A stretch of DNA of 63,902 nucleotides, the filler included, from Welwitschia mirabilis (taxonomy: Eukaryota), in assembly GCA_051453625.1 (NCBI GenBank). It is 7 parts of one record of this genome, joined end to end, with 100 filler letters (N's around TTAATTAATTAA, not from the genome) between each part and the next. Parts side by side here need not be neighbours in the genome. Positions count along the whole stretch, not along the records: positions 61,556 to 63,902 come from JBOZIK010000001.1; 6 more parts are not named here. One strand, written 5' to 3'. The notes beneath the pieces were generated by a model that saw only the letters and a program-made list of their open reading frames with translations, did no database searches and had not been told where the DNA came from. How positions within the stretch are numbered: position 1 is the stretch's first letter; each line of letters begins with the position of its first letter. Position numbers and translations under genes: made by a program. Positions 63,547 through 63,902 of the stretch are shown one piece after another.

Positions 63547-63677
63547 ATGGTTTTAATAAGTCCTAGCAGGCAGCCCAAAATGAAGACGGAAGAAGCGCCC
63601 AAAGGACGGATTCAGGCGGAGGGATGGGCAGCCAGAGATCCCTCTGGCTTTCTCTCGCCCTTTCGATTCTCTCGCAG
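63547..63677 (+). CDS. CAD: Cinnamyl alcohol dehydrogenase-like (MDR family), exon 1; alternative start ATG at 63580
   Basis: GWAARDPSGFLSPFRFSRR is the typical CAD/SAD-like N-terminus. AG|GT donor at 63677/63678, phase 2. Confidence 0.92.
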
Positions 63678-63786
63678 GTTTCTTTTCTTTTTTTTTTTCC
63701 TCCTGCCCACAAGTCTCTTCATTGCTCATATTTTTCTTTTGAAGGAGTTAATTGATCTAAAGGCAATACGAAATGGTCTTTCACAG

Positions 63787-63900
63787 GAAAACCGGCGCGC
63801 AGGACGTGACAGTGAAGATATTGTATTGCGGAATCTGTCACTCGGATCTTTGTCACTGCAGGAATGAGTGGGGCATAACCATCTATCCTCTTGTTCCCGG
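63787..63900 (+). CDS. CAD: CAD-like exon 2 (114 bp); the gene continues beyond the window
   Basis: CAG acceptor at 63784-63786; (R)[40 protein letters not shown] donor at 63901. Includes the catalytic-zinc Cys. Confidence 0.95.
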
Positions 63901-63902
63901 GT

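Noticed and set aside
63678-63867. C-terminal half of the 106-aa ORF 63547-63867
   Set aside because: Read-through of a GT-AG intron and the wrong frame of exon 2.

Overview
AT-rich, gappy draft scaffold from a land-plant nuclear genome. Six N44-TTAATTAATTAA-N44 linkers split it into separately assembled pieces. Most of it is decayed, nested LTR retrotransposons (Athila-type Gypsy; Sirevirus-like and other Copia). The only intact-looking host gene is the first two exons of a CAD-like alcohol dehydrogenase at the right edge; there is also a rearranged ABC1K1 kinase pseudogene at 41.2-42.4 kb. The main result is at 31.7-49.2 kb and is almost invisible in the ORF track: a cluster of Penelope-like retroelements (PLEs). 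Hand translation recovers two decayed PLE reverse-transcriptase copies, one of which runs through the thumb and ends with no GIY-YIG endonuclease. Four ~400-460 bp pseudo-LTRs each carry a minimal hammerhead-ribozyme motif, and plant-telomere-like tracts flank them, always C-rich on the element sense strand. Two RT-less derivatives keep all or part of ORF1 plus a probable antisense ORF relic. The architecture matches endonuclease-deficient telomere-associated PLEs (Athena/Coprina/Terminon type), but here they are interstitial and possibly in a flowering plant (inferred, not shown). Coordinates were read by hand; fuzzy edges may be off by tens of bases. No database searches were run.
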